From: Rebecca billardiae RCC1528
Taxonomy: Eukaryota; Protista; Haptophyta
Reading direction: 5' to 3'
Assembly (NCBI GenBank): GCA_965240325.2
Contig: OZ251255.1
Coordinates: 310,001-374,000 of the forward strand
DNA length: 64,000 bases
This document shows, piece after piece, positions 10,587 to 21,295 of this stretch; the first letter of the stretch is position 1, and each line of letters begins with the position of its first letter. Both the position numbers and the translations under genes were made by a program. The notes beneath the pieces are model-generated. The model was given only the letters and a program-made list of their open reading frames with translations, did no database searches and was not told the DNA's origin.

Positions 10587-13500
10587 TCAATCATACGGGT
10601 TATAATACCGCCGCCGCCAGGGGGGAGGGGCTGCTCGGACCTTGACGGGGCTGGGACGGGTGGCCAGCTGTGGGACAGCAGCCGCAGGGACAGGGACACC
10701 CAAGAGGAGCCCCTCCTGCGCGCGCCCATCAATGCGACCCCAGCCCCGTCGGCAGGCGATTAACTGACCCAAGCTCAGCTCGTTGCCCCTGTCGTACGTG
10801 TGCCAGAAGTCAGTCGTAATTGGGGGCCACGCCCGCGAAGGTCGAACGGGGCGTGCGCGGAGAGGCGAGCGCAGCGGTCGCACAGGGTGAGAAGGACGGG
10901 CGGAGATGTCAGCCAACGCCGCTGCGGACCCCAAGCCGTGCAACGCACCGCAGCACCACGCTGTGCCCACCCCCGCTGTGCATGCGTCGCCGCACCCACA
11001 GTGGGGCGGCGCGCGCGGCGCGGCGTGTGCGATGGGCGCAGCCGCAGCCTCACGCGACGGCGTTGCTGCGGCGCCATGCGCGGGTGCCCGCGCACGGCAC
11101 ACTGTGCGCGACCCTGCCTCATCCCACTCCACCGCCCGCACCGCGCGCAGTGCACCGCTCCGCGCCGTGCGTGCTCGTACCTCAGGTCGAGCCCCCGCAG
11201 CGAAGAGTTGGTGTCGAGCGCCGCCGCCAGCGCCTCGCCGGAGACGTCCGTCAGACAGTTGTGCCTGTTTGCCGAGTGGAGGCACGCAGTGAGAAGGGCG
11301 CGCGCAGCGAGGCGGGCAAGGGGTTCGCGCGGTGTGGGTGCTGGCGGTGTCAGACCACGCCGATGCGCATCACGTGCCTTGCACGGCCCCGCGCGGCCAC
11401 TCTGTGAGCGCACCGCCTCACCCGCCGCGAGCGCCACCCGCTGTGGGGCGGTGCACGCGATGCGGCGCGCGCGCCGGGCACGGCAGCAGCCTCGCGCGAC
11501 GGCGGCGTTGACGCGGCGCCGTGCGCGGGTGCCCGCGCTGCACGCTGTGCATGGCCAGTGCCTCCCATCGCTCCACCATACCTCAGGCTGAGCAACCGCA
11601 GTGCGGTGTTGGTGCAGAGCGCCTCCGCCAGCGCCCTGCCGGAGACGTCCATCAGCTTGTTGTCCCTGTGTGCCGAGCGAAGGCACGTCGAGGGAAGGGC
11701 ACACGCAGAGAGGCAAGCGCGGCGGTCGCGCGGGGTGGGTGCAGGCGGCGCAGCCCACGCCGCTGCGCACCACGCACTGCCCACTGCACTGCGCGCTACA
11801 CTGCGCATGTCCAGCCACAGCCACCATGCGCCGCGCCAACGGCGCATACCCCAGGTTGAGCTCTTGCAGCGAGGTGTTGGTGCGGAGCGCCTCCGCCAGC
11901 GCCTCGCCGGAGACGTCCGTCAGACAGTTGTACCTGTGTGTAGAGCAGTGGCACACCGAGGGAAGGGCGCACGCAGCAGCGCGAGCGCGGTGGTCGCGCG
12001 GGGTGGGATGGGCGACGTTAGCCCCCGCCGTGGCGCACCACGCGCTGCTCAACGCACAGCCGCGCCGCGCTGCGCACGCGCCGCCGCACCGGCCGCGCAC
12101 TCCGCCCGCAGTGGGGTGGCGCGCACGGCGCGGCGTGAGTGCCGGGCACGGCAACAGCGTCGTGCGACGGCGATGCTGCGGAGCGGCGGGCAGGTGCCCT
12201 CGCTGCACGCGGGGCACAACCCTTCCTCACGACCCTTCCTCCCCGCTCCATAGCACGCGCCGCGCGCTGCCCGCCTCCCCGCGCCGTGCGCGCGCGTACT
12301 CCAGGTGGAGGTACCGCAGGCGGCAGCTGCCCGCCTGCAGCGCCTGCGCGAGCAGCAGCAGACACCCGTCGTCCACGCCGGTCCTGTCGAGGTCGAGCTT
12401 CGTCAGAGTTGCACTGCGCGCGACGAGGTGCGCGATCCCGCGCGCATGCACCACCACCTCCAGGTTGCCTTCCCACTCCGCCTCCTCCAGCTGCCTCAGC
12501 TCCTCCACTGAGCCCACGTGCGCAGCTCTCGCGAGCTGCTCCAGCAGCGAGAGCTGCTCCAGAAGCTCCTCCCTTGAGCGAACGCGCGCAGCTCTCGCGA
12601 ACGCGCGCTGCTCGAGAAGCTCCGGCGCGGGGCCAACGGGTGGCGCCGCCGCGCGCAGCTGCTCCGCCGCGTCGCGGCCGGGCGGCGCCGCCGCGCGCGG
12701 CGGCTCGGCCGCGGCACGGACGGGCGGCGCCGCCGCACGCGGCTGCTCGGCCGCGGCGCGGACGGGCGGCGCCGCCGGGACTGGCCCTGCGCCGAGAGCC
12801 TCGACGAGTTCGGTGGCACTGGGCCGGAGCGCGTATTCCGTTCGCACGCAGCGCTCCATCAGGCGGCTGACGGCCCTTGGCGTGCCGGCGGGCACTCCAG
12901 CCTTGGCCCGTCTGTTCGGCTGCTGGGTTAGCAGCACCTCGACGAGCACGCCGAAGCTGTAGATGTCGGCCTTCTCGCTCGCGCGGCCGGTCATCACCTC
13001 TGGCGCGGCATATCCTGGCGTTCCCCCTGCCTGCGACACGAACGACCGCGACATGTTGCGCGCCAGCCCCACATCGGCGAGCTTGGCCAGGCTGTAGTCC
13101 TCGTTGAGGAGCACGTTGGCCGGCTTGACGTCAAAGTGCACCACCGGCGGCTCGAACGTGTGCAGGTAGTGCAGCGCTAACGCCACGTGCAGCGCGATCC
13201 GCCGCCCGCCCGCCACCCAGGCCACGCGCGTCGGCGTATTCGTGAGCGCATCGAGCAGGCTTCCGCCGTGCATGCGCTCGGTGAGGATCATCATATTCTC
13301 CGGCTCGTCGCACGCGCCGTAGAAGACCACGATGTGCGCGTGGCGCAGCTGGTGCAGCATCGCCACCTCGCGCTCAAACTCGCGGCGCGCTGCGGACCCC
13401 GCTGCGTTCAGCCGCTTCGCTGCGACCGGCTGCGCGACCCGCAGCCGCGCCGCGTACACGCGCCCAAAGCCGCCGCTGCCGAGCAGCACCTCGCCGCCAT

Positions 13501-14782
13501 CCGCGCCGCGCTCGATCTCGACCTCGACCGGGTTCACGTACCACTGCTGACGCGGCGCTGGCGCGGGCAGGCTGTTCAGGCCGGCACCGTGATGCTGCGC
13601 AGCGCCGCCAGCGCCGCGCTCGGCGAGGCGGTGGTAGCGCGCACACGCGTCCGCGTCCTCTCGCCGGTAGATCTCGCCCGGCCGGTGCATCACGTCGACG
13701 ATGTACGCGCTGTCGTAGACGTGCACCACGTTCCACGCGTGCCCTCCAGCGGACACGCTCCCCTTGAAGTCGCCGCGCACCAGCGCGCACTCGATGCCCA
13801 CCGCGTCGCACAGCACCTTGAAGAGCAGCGCGCGGTGCCGGCACACGCCGTACGAGATGTCGCCGAGCGGAACGAGCATCGAGCCCCTCTCCTGCACGAG
13901 CACGTGGATGTCGTGCATGGACTGCTCGACAAGATCGTACGGCGAGCCCCCAAGCAGCTCGGACACGTGCAAGCCCAGCACCTTGATGCGATCGCGCTTG
14001 TCCGTGATGGGCTGCAGCCGAGAGCAAGCCACCTCGATGCGGTCGCGCAGGGAGACGTCGAGGCGAGTGTCGACGACGAGCGCCTCGCGGCCACCGGCCA
14101 CGCCAGGGGGGCGGCGAGCAAGATCCCCTGGCACGGGTAGCGCAGCATGCCCGGGCATACGGCCGGGGTCGACGAAGCCGTCGCCGACGCGCGTGTCGAA
14201 GCCGAGGTTGTGCTCGTTGAAGTACCGCTCGGAGCTGGGCGCGAGGGGCAGCACGAGCACGCGGTCGGGCCCGACCTCGCGGATCGCGCTGCCTGGAGCG
14301 AGCACGAGACGGGTATCTCCGATACACTCGATCACGCGCGCACGGCCACCGCTGCCGATGATCACCACTTCCTTCCCGACGAGGCTGGCAGGGGACATGC
14401 CAAAGGCCTTCCGAGCGATGGTCTTGTGCAGTACGCGCCTGCACGCGGACATGGTCGTGTGCAGTACGCGTCTGCACGCGAGCCAGTGGGCGTGCGTGAA
14501 GAAGGGTTCATCCGGAAAAACCGGGAAGCAGACTTCCTCCAAGCTCCACGCGCAGCCGCTCATGGCGATGTAGAGGTGTACGTAGTGGGTCCACGTGTTT
14601 CTCCGCGAATTCGACAACGCTACCAGCCCTTCGAGAATTATCGACCAGAGAGTTATCGACCAATAGAGCAGGGACACAGCCCAGAACGTGAAGAGGTTGC
14701 CGCTCGTGAGCCAGGCGGCCAGCGGGTGGAGGCGCCCGAGCAGCATCCGCACCGGCTGCTTGATGAGACCGACGACCGGCAT
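10587..14782 (-). CDS. EDR1/CTR1-like domain + TKL-type protein kinase + C-terminal RI-type LRRs. Exons: 14782 (or 14398)-12300, 11933-11850, 11665-11582, 11264-11181, 10788-10587
   Basis: EDR1 motif GVCRHRALLFKVLCDAVGIECALVRG...HAWNVV...YIVDVMHRPG. Kinase motifs GSGGFG, VAAK, HFDVKPANVLL, DVG, GTPGYAAPE, DIYSFG. LRR exons such as YNCLTDVSGEALAEALRTNTSLQELNLG are bounded by AG/GT in phase 2. The start codon is uncertain. Confidence 0.88.
12640..12790 (-). repeat. 39-bp coding tandem repeat (AAPPVRAAAEQPR-like, ~4 copies) between the kinase and the LRRs
   Basis: Visible in both the translation and the DNA. Confidence 0.8.
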
Positions 14783-14878
14783 GGAACCCGGCAGTCTCGG
14801 GCGACGGGGCGATTGACCAAGCCGGAAGGGCGCGAGACTCACTCCGGACTGTCTGTCGCGGTGCCTCCCTCAGCCGAA

Positions 14879-15816
14879 GCCCACGTCCGGCGTGCATGGC
14901 GTCGACGGTGACCAATGCGACGGAAGCGCAGCGCCAACGGCGTACGACGCGCAGCGGACGCACCTCCCGGGTCTGTCGACGTGGCAGCAACCGCGTCTTC
15001 GCGAGTTGGCGACCCTCGCCGCAGCGCGACACAGACAAGCTCGTGATGCCATCCGCAGAGAGATGAATCGTCGAGCATGCAACATCGACGCGCCATCCTC
15101 GCCCATGGCGCAGGCGCTGCGGGACGAGGCGGACGTCGTCACGCCGGCGACGGATGCGCTGCGATTCGTGTGCCTGCGTGAGCAGCTCGTGCCCACTCTC
15201 GATCGCGAGTGGCACACGCTGTCGCTGTGCGCGCGCGCGCGCACAACCAACAGCTCCTCGTGCCGCCAAACACGCGGGCGCCAGACCTGTCGAAGAGGCG
15301 AAGAGCGACGACCGCGTGAACGTCAACGCGCTCGTGCTCAGCCTGGCGGCCGTGTACGATGTCAACGCGACCTGCGCCGAGCCCATCATGCCCGGAGCGG
15401 ACATCGGCAAGCGTCCTCGCGACGACCGCTCTCGGCTGGCGGCAGGAGGACATGCACACGATCTACTCTGGCGGCTTCGTCGGTGGCGAGGCGCTCGATT
15501 ACTCCACCGCGGTCGAGATGCGGCACATACAGCGCGTACCTGCGCTCGCGCGGAGCAACGGGCTACCCGCCCCGCCCCGCGTGCTGCACATTCCCTCGTG
15601 GGTGTGGGCCTCGCTGCCATGCGCACGGACGCGTACCGCACCGCGTGGGAGAACTTCGAACTTCATCACAGGTTATTTCACTGGTCCGGCTGTCCGTCAC
15701 CCACCGGCACGGCCACGAGCGAATGCTGATATGTGGAAAGACGCGAACCCGCAGAGCAAACATTGCGACAGCACTGGCACGGCCCGCCGACCCCCCCGCC
15801 CGCCAGGGCAGAGTTT
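14879..15816 (+). pseudogene. Orphan element E, copy 1: frameshifted paralog of ORF 18222-18863
   Basis: ATG at 14896 gives MASTVTNATEAQR. A shared block (ALRDEADVV..ALRF.CL.EQ.VPTLDREWHTLS) lies in shifted frames. The 3' block 15737-15816 is the reverse complement of 17971-18050. Confidence 0.7.
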
Positions 15817-16040
15817 ATATGGCGGGCGGTAGGTCCGCGCCCCCAGTGACAGTCAAGGGCGTTCCCGGGATCCTGCCACACGCTCCCGAAAGCAATGCCC
15901 CCCCCTGGGGGGGGCATTGCTACCGGACTGGCGCGGGCCGTAATCAAATGTACCCGCTTGAAATAGAGGAAGCCAATTTCAATAGGAACGCGGTTCGATT
16001 TGGCGTATGACCAGTGCGGGGAACGCCCCTGGTAGTAGTG

Positions 16041-16280
16041 GTAGTGCCCGGGAACTGAAAGATATAAGAAAAAGGAAAATTAAGGAAAAGGAAATCGCCT
16101 CGCAAAGAAAAGAAAATCGTCGCTTCGCTCACTACCGGCTTGCAAACCAAGCCCCCCAAACAAGGGTAGTAAGGGTGAGCAACTCCGCTGGCGACAGCCG
16201 CGAAGGTCGGCAGCCCTCTGTTTGCCGCGAGCGGAGCGGAGCGAGTGCTACCAGAGCGTTGCGCCAGCTGGACAAACGCG
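16041..16280 (+). repeat. Host repeat H, uninterrupted copy
   Basis: GTAGTGCCCGGG..A-rich..ATCGCCTCGCAAAGAAAAGAAAATCG matches 19543-19649 inverted. Segment 16168-16278 matches 22221-22305 plus 21268-21295 inverted. Segment 16139-16161 matches the flanks of 43488-44593 inverted. Confidence 0.8.
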
Positions 16281-16774
16281 AAGGGACCCACCGTCCAGGA
16301 TCCTTGGACTTGTGGAGGGCCCCGGCGAGACCTGCACTCGGATCGGGGCCCTCTCCCGCTGTGCCGCTTGCGGCGCACGCCTGACCGGTGCGGCGGGCGA
16401 CGTGTGCGCACGCCGTGCAGCTCGCGGCGCGTGCGCGTTGGCTAGATGGCACACGTCTCCCGACGCACAAGTCGAATGACCGCAGCTGGGATGCCCTTTC
16501 GCGCCGCAAGGACGCTTGCGAGGCCGGTCGCGCGGCCGAGCGGCGTGGCCGTGCCGCCTGCACGCAGTGCGCCCATGGACTTGGCTTCGCCGCGCGCGCT
16601 GAGGCTGGCGAGCGTCACGGCCGAATTCTACGACGCGCGCGACGCGCCATCTGCCTGCTTCCTTGCCTCCGACGCACGTTTTCTGCGGGCAGCGGCGACT
16701 CGCCCGCCCATGCGGCGGCGAGCCGCCATCCACCGCGCTTCGCCCTAAACAGAGCGCGGAACATTTCGTTTTGA

Positions 16775-17886
16775 CAAGGGTGTCCAGGGTCCGCAACAGC
16801 CAGTGCGCAGCGCGGCAGAGGCTGTGACATCGCGAGGTCGCCGCTCGCCAGTGGGACTCGCCCGCCCGCCGCCGTGCACGGCGGCGGAGCCGCTCGCGCC
16901 GTGCGCTCCTGCGGCCGTCGGATCGGGCTGCGTAGGCGGCGCGCGGCTTGGGCCGTCGCTGAGCCACCCAGCGCCCCTCGCTGCGCCGCGCGCCTTCCTC
17001 GTCCTCGCCTCCTCCGCGCCTTGAAGCAGCACGCACACGCGCGGCGCCGCCACAAAAGCAGCGCAGGCGCTCGCGTGCAAGCGCGCGCGCGCAGCGCGCG
17101 ACGGACTCGACTCGGTGTTCGAGCCTCTGCGGGGACATGCAGTGCTATCACATGCGCGCGCGACGCCACCTCGAGCCTGCGCGTTTGACCGTCAGTGCAC
17201 GCTGATGCACGTTACAAAATGGTCTGACTTGGCATCATCACATGTGCGACGGAAGCTTCCACAACGGGCCTTGAGTACGTCGACGCGATCGATGCGGGGA
17301 CGGTCATGCTTGCGTGCGCTTCTCTTGTGGTCTCCACGCTTGCTGAGAAGCGCCGCGTACGTAGCTGTCATCGTGTCTTGCCTAAGAAGTCGTCCTGACG
17401 CATGGCAGGTTCTGGTCAGATTGGGCCTACTTCAACACGAGGACGTGTGAGCATTTGGCGCGTGACGGTCACAGCGATGCGCAAGTTCGAGGTGGCGTCG
17501 CGCGCGCATGTGATGGTGCTGCATGCCCCCGCAGCGGCGCGAGCCCTGAGTCGAGCCCGTCGCGCGCTGCGCGCGCGCGCTTGCACGCGAGCGCCTGCGC
17601 TGCTTTTGTGGCGGCGCCGCGCGTGTGCGTGCTGCTTCAAGGCGCGGAGGAGGCGAGGACGAGGAAGGCGCGCGGCGCAGCGAGGGGCGCTGGGTGGCTC
17701 AGCGACGGCCCAAGCCGCGCGCCACCTACGCAGCCCGATCCGACGGCCGCAGGAGCGCACGGCGCGAGCGGCTCCGCCGCCGTGCACGGCGGCGGGCGGG
17801 CGAGTCCCACTGGCGAGCGGCGACCTCGCGATGTCACAGCCTCTGCCGCGCTGCGCACTGGCTGTTGCGGACCCTGGACACCCTTG
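16775..17886. mobile_element. Foldback element 2: non-autonomous P/Galileo-like element with long TIRs and a 7-bp TSD
   Basis: Termini CAAGGG...CCCTTG. Arms 16775-17104 and 17557-17886 are near-perfect, with a diverged extension of ~90 bp. Perfect GTTTTGA duplication at 16768-16774 and 17887-17893. Confidence 0.88.
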
Positions 17887-18221
17887 GTTTTGAAAAGCGC
17901 AGATCTGATAACTCGAGGAAAAAGATCCGCGGCCCCGGCCGTGCTACGCAAACGATACAGTTTACTAAGAAAACTCTGCCCTGGCGGGCGGGGGGGTCGG
18001 CGGGCCGTGCCAGTGCTGTCGCAATATTTCCCCAGCGGGTTCGCGTCTTTTAGCGGTTTGACGGGCAGGATTCAGACGAATAACAATGCGACATACAGAC
18101 AGATGATGGTGAGCTACCTGCAGACGGCACTACTGACGAGTGACGAATAATAACGCGACAGATGACTCTGGTGCGAGCTCACCGACAGTGTGATTGCGCG
18201 TGTATTCGTGCACCCACTGCG

Positions 18222-18863
18222 CTACTCGTCATCGTGCCGAGCCTTCGACTGCGCGCACGCACTGCCAATTGATTGGCGTGCGACGGCCTGGGGTTGGCTT
18301 CGACCTCGCGACACGGCACCCTCCGGGCACGATGGGCTCGGCGACACACCCCGATCCGCTCCGGGCACGATGGGCTCGGCGAAGGTCGCGTCGGCGTCGT
18401 GCACGGCCGCCACGCTGCGCAACAGCGCGTCCAGGTCCAAGCGCTCGTCGGCGCTCGCCGCTCCGCGCGACAGGTCCGGCACTCGCACGTTCGGCGGTAT
18501 CAGGAGCTGTTGGCGTTGTACGCGCGCGCAGTGCGAGAGCGTGTGCCACTCGCGATCGAGGGTGGGCACGCGCTGCTCGAGCAGGCACATGAAGCGCAGC
18601 GCATGTGCCACTGGCTTCACGACGTCGGCCTCGTCCCGCAGCGCCCGTGCCATGGTGGAGGATGGTGCGGCGATCTTGCACGCGCGACGTTTCAGCTCGT
18701 CGCGAATGCGCCCCTGGGATCGGTTATAGCGCGCTGTCGCCTGGGTCGCCGACTTGCGAAGATGCGGTTCTGTCCACGGCTGCAGACCCGGCAGGTGCGT
18801 GCGGTGCGCCTCGTACGCCGCTTTGCGCTGCGCTTCCGTCGCATTGGTCACCGTCGACGCCAT
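18222..18863 (-). CDS. Orphan 213-aa protein of element E, copy 2 (element ~17971-18880 or longer)
   Basis: ATG-initiated, with protein-level conservation to the diverged inverted paralog at 14896. No recognisable domain. Confidence 0.5.
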   Translation of the reverse strand: MASTVTNATEAQRKAAYEAHRTHLPGLQPWTEPHLRKSATQATARYNRSQGRIRDELKRRACKIAAPSSTMARALRDEADVVKPVAHALRFMCLLEQRVPTLDREWHTLSHCARVQRQQLLIPPNVRVPDLSRGAASADERLDLDALLRSVAAVHDADATFAEPIVPGADRGVSPSPSCPEGAVSRGRSQPQAVARQSIGSACAQSKARHDDE

Positions 18864-19542
18864 GCAGGCCGGACGTGGGCCCCCAGGCGCCGAGCGATTT
18901 TTGGCCGCGAGCTCGCGAGCGCGAAAGATGATCGCCCGCTCTGGAACACCACCGACCGTACAGTTTACTATGTTTTAACGTGCACACTTGGTTAAGGCGT
19001 GATTGACGCCATCCAACACTGCACAAAGACACCGCAGTAGCAAACGGATTTGCATGCGCCCGACCTTGCCAACCGGGGCACGCGACAGTCCGGTGTGTGC
19101 ATTCCGGTTATGGTGTTCAGAGGCCGCGCCAAAGCTTGCGTCGCGTGCGATGGCGCTTCCCGCCCGCGAGACGCCTCTTGATGAGGGCCTTTCGTACCGA
19201 GCTCGACGCGCGACGGTGGATCGCGCGAGGCGGCCATCGTGCGCAGCGCTTGATGCTATGGCCGGTGCGAGCGCTCGACGTGCAAGTCAAGCGAGGACCG
19301 CCCCAGGTCGCACGATCGTGTCGACGCGCCGAGCGTGCCTCCAAACGCGTCGACTTTGGCCCTCGTTCGACCTGCACGCGAGACGACGAGAGCAGCAATC
19401 GCGAATCGGGCGAAAACACGTCTCGGGAATCCTCGCGCGATGTCCGCGCTGGCGTTGGATTTGGCGCGCGCCGCCCACGCGCTCCGCGCCATAACCAAGA
19501 TGGTTTTCGGCCGAGCGTCCCCAGTGGGAGCTGCGAGGGCGC

Positions 19543-19649
19543 CCGGTAGTGAGCGAAGCGACCCGGCAGTGAGCGAGGCGATTTTCTTTTCTTTGCGAGG
19601 CGATTTTCTTTTTTCCTTTTCTTTTTCTTATCTTTTTCCCGGGCACTAC
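19543..19649 (-). repeat. Host repeat H, inverted copy
   Basis: Its reverse complement matches 16041-16138. Confidence 0.75.
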
Positions 19650-19863
19650 AAGGGGCGGACCTACGGCCCGCCATAAGGGACGCACACAGCTCATCAGGCA
19701 GGCGAGATTACAGTATCCGCCTCGATGACCCCTTGCTGGCACTACGGTGGCAAGTGGCAGACTGACTGGCTACCACTCTCACAACTCACTGTCTGAAACC
19801 GACACGGTGACGGTGACCATTTAGACCAACTTAGCCGACCGGGCATCTGTTGAGGAGACTGAG

Positions 19864-20093
19864 TGACGACCAGCCGGGGTCATCGTGCGGCGCTGAAGGC
19901 GAGTGAAGCCTGGCCAGACCTGTGACTGGCAGTGACTGAGTGGTCACTGCACCTGACCACCCGTACGGCCCGCCTCACCAGCACGGCCGATGACGACCAG
20001 CCGGGGTCATCGTGCGGCGCTGAAGCCTGGCCAGACCTGTGACTGAGTGGTCACGGCACCTGACCACCTACGGCCCCCTCACCAGCACGGCCG
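19864..20093. repeat. Tandem duplication of ~100-125 bp
   Basis: TGACGACCAGCCGGGGTCATCGTGCGGCGCTGAAG...CTCACCAGCACGGCCG occurs twice. Confidence 0.85.
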
Positions 20094-21295
20094 TAACGGG
20101 CGTCTGTACAGAGTAGTGCGTCCGACCGGGCCGCCCTCCAGCACGAGCCGCACGCTAGGTGGCGCGCTCCTTCCGCTTCCCTGCCGATTCAGATTTGACA
20201 CCTGGCATCAATGGTCCAGTGAGCTGCGGCTGCTGCAGCCGCAACGTGCTGGCGCGGCGAGACAGTGGAGAGTGAGTGCGGACCAAGACCGTGACACTAA
20301 GCACCGTGGCTTACTCGTGCAGCATCCGCACCGTGCGCGCACAAAGAGTTCATAGCGTAACGCAGGGCGACGCGCGCGCGCGGCGAGCGAGCCGGACAAC
20401 CACCGCCCGCCTCCACATGCAGCCCCCGCGCGCGCGGCGCGCACCATGACCATCCGCCCCAGAGTGCCGCATAGCGCGCAGCGTGCGCGGTCGCACCTGG
20501 GTCGTTGGACGTATGCCGTGGCGCGGGCACGGCGCGGCGATGCCGCGCTTGCTTCTCCCGGGGGCCTGAGGCCCCCACGCGCGGCGGACTCCGTGCGCGC
20601 GCCCCGCCTGATGAGCGCGCGGCGCGCGGCCATCGAGCCTCCATGTGCTGGGCCGTTGCGCGTGCCGCCTGGTGCGTATTCGGTCTCGTCAGATGCGTGC
20701 TCGGTCTCGTCAATCGTTACCCGCGTCGCTTGCGGCAGGCAGCCCCCCTTCTAGCGGTTCTCGAGGCCAAACCATCGACGCTTGGACGCCTACGGCCGCG
20801 CGAAGCGACGGCGCCGAGCGGGCGCGCGCGCCCGGTACGAGAGGTAGACTCCCACATCGTGCCTCCACACCCCGCCCGCGCCAGCGCACCCGCCCCTGGA
20901 GCTCTTCCCGCTCGTCGACGGCGCTCGGCACCCGAGCCGAGCCGAACGTGTGCACGGCGCACGACGCAGCGCGGCGCGACGGGCGCGGCGCGGCGCGCTC
21001 GGAATTTTCCTGAAGAGGGCTCCGAGCGTACGGGCCGACGCGCCCACTCGCGGCGCGCCCCGCGCGCGCCCCGCCAAATGCGCGTGGGGGCGCGAGGCGC
21101 GGGTCGAGACGCTCGGGTGCTCGGCGCGGCCGTCAACAGGCCCCCCCCGCGAGTTGAGGAGCGTCCCCGGATTCCATTTTCCGGACTCTCCTTGATGCTA
21201 CGCAAAGCCGCGGGGGCGGCCGTCCGTCGAAACGGACGTGCCCCCCCCGCGGAAAAAGACCGGAGGGCGTTTGTCCAGCTGGCGCAACGCCCCTG

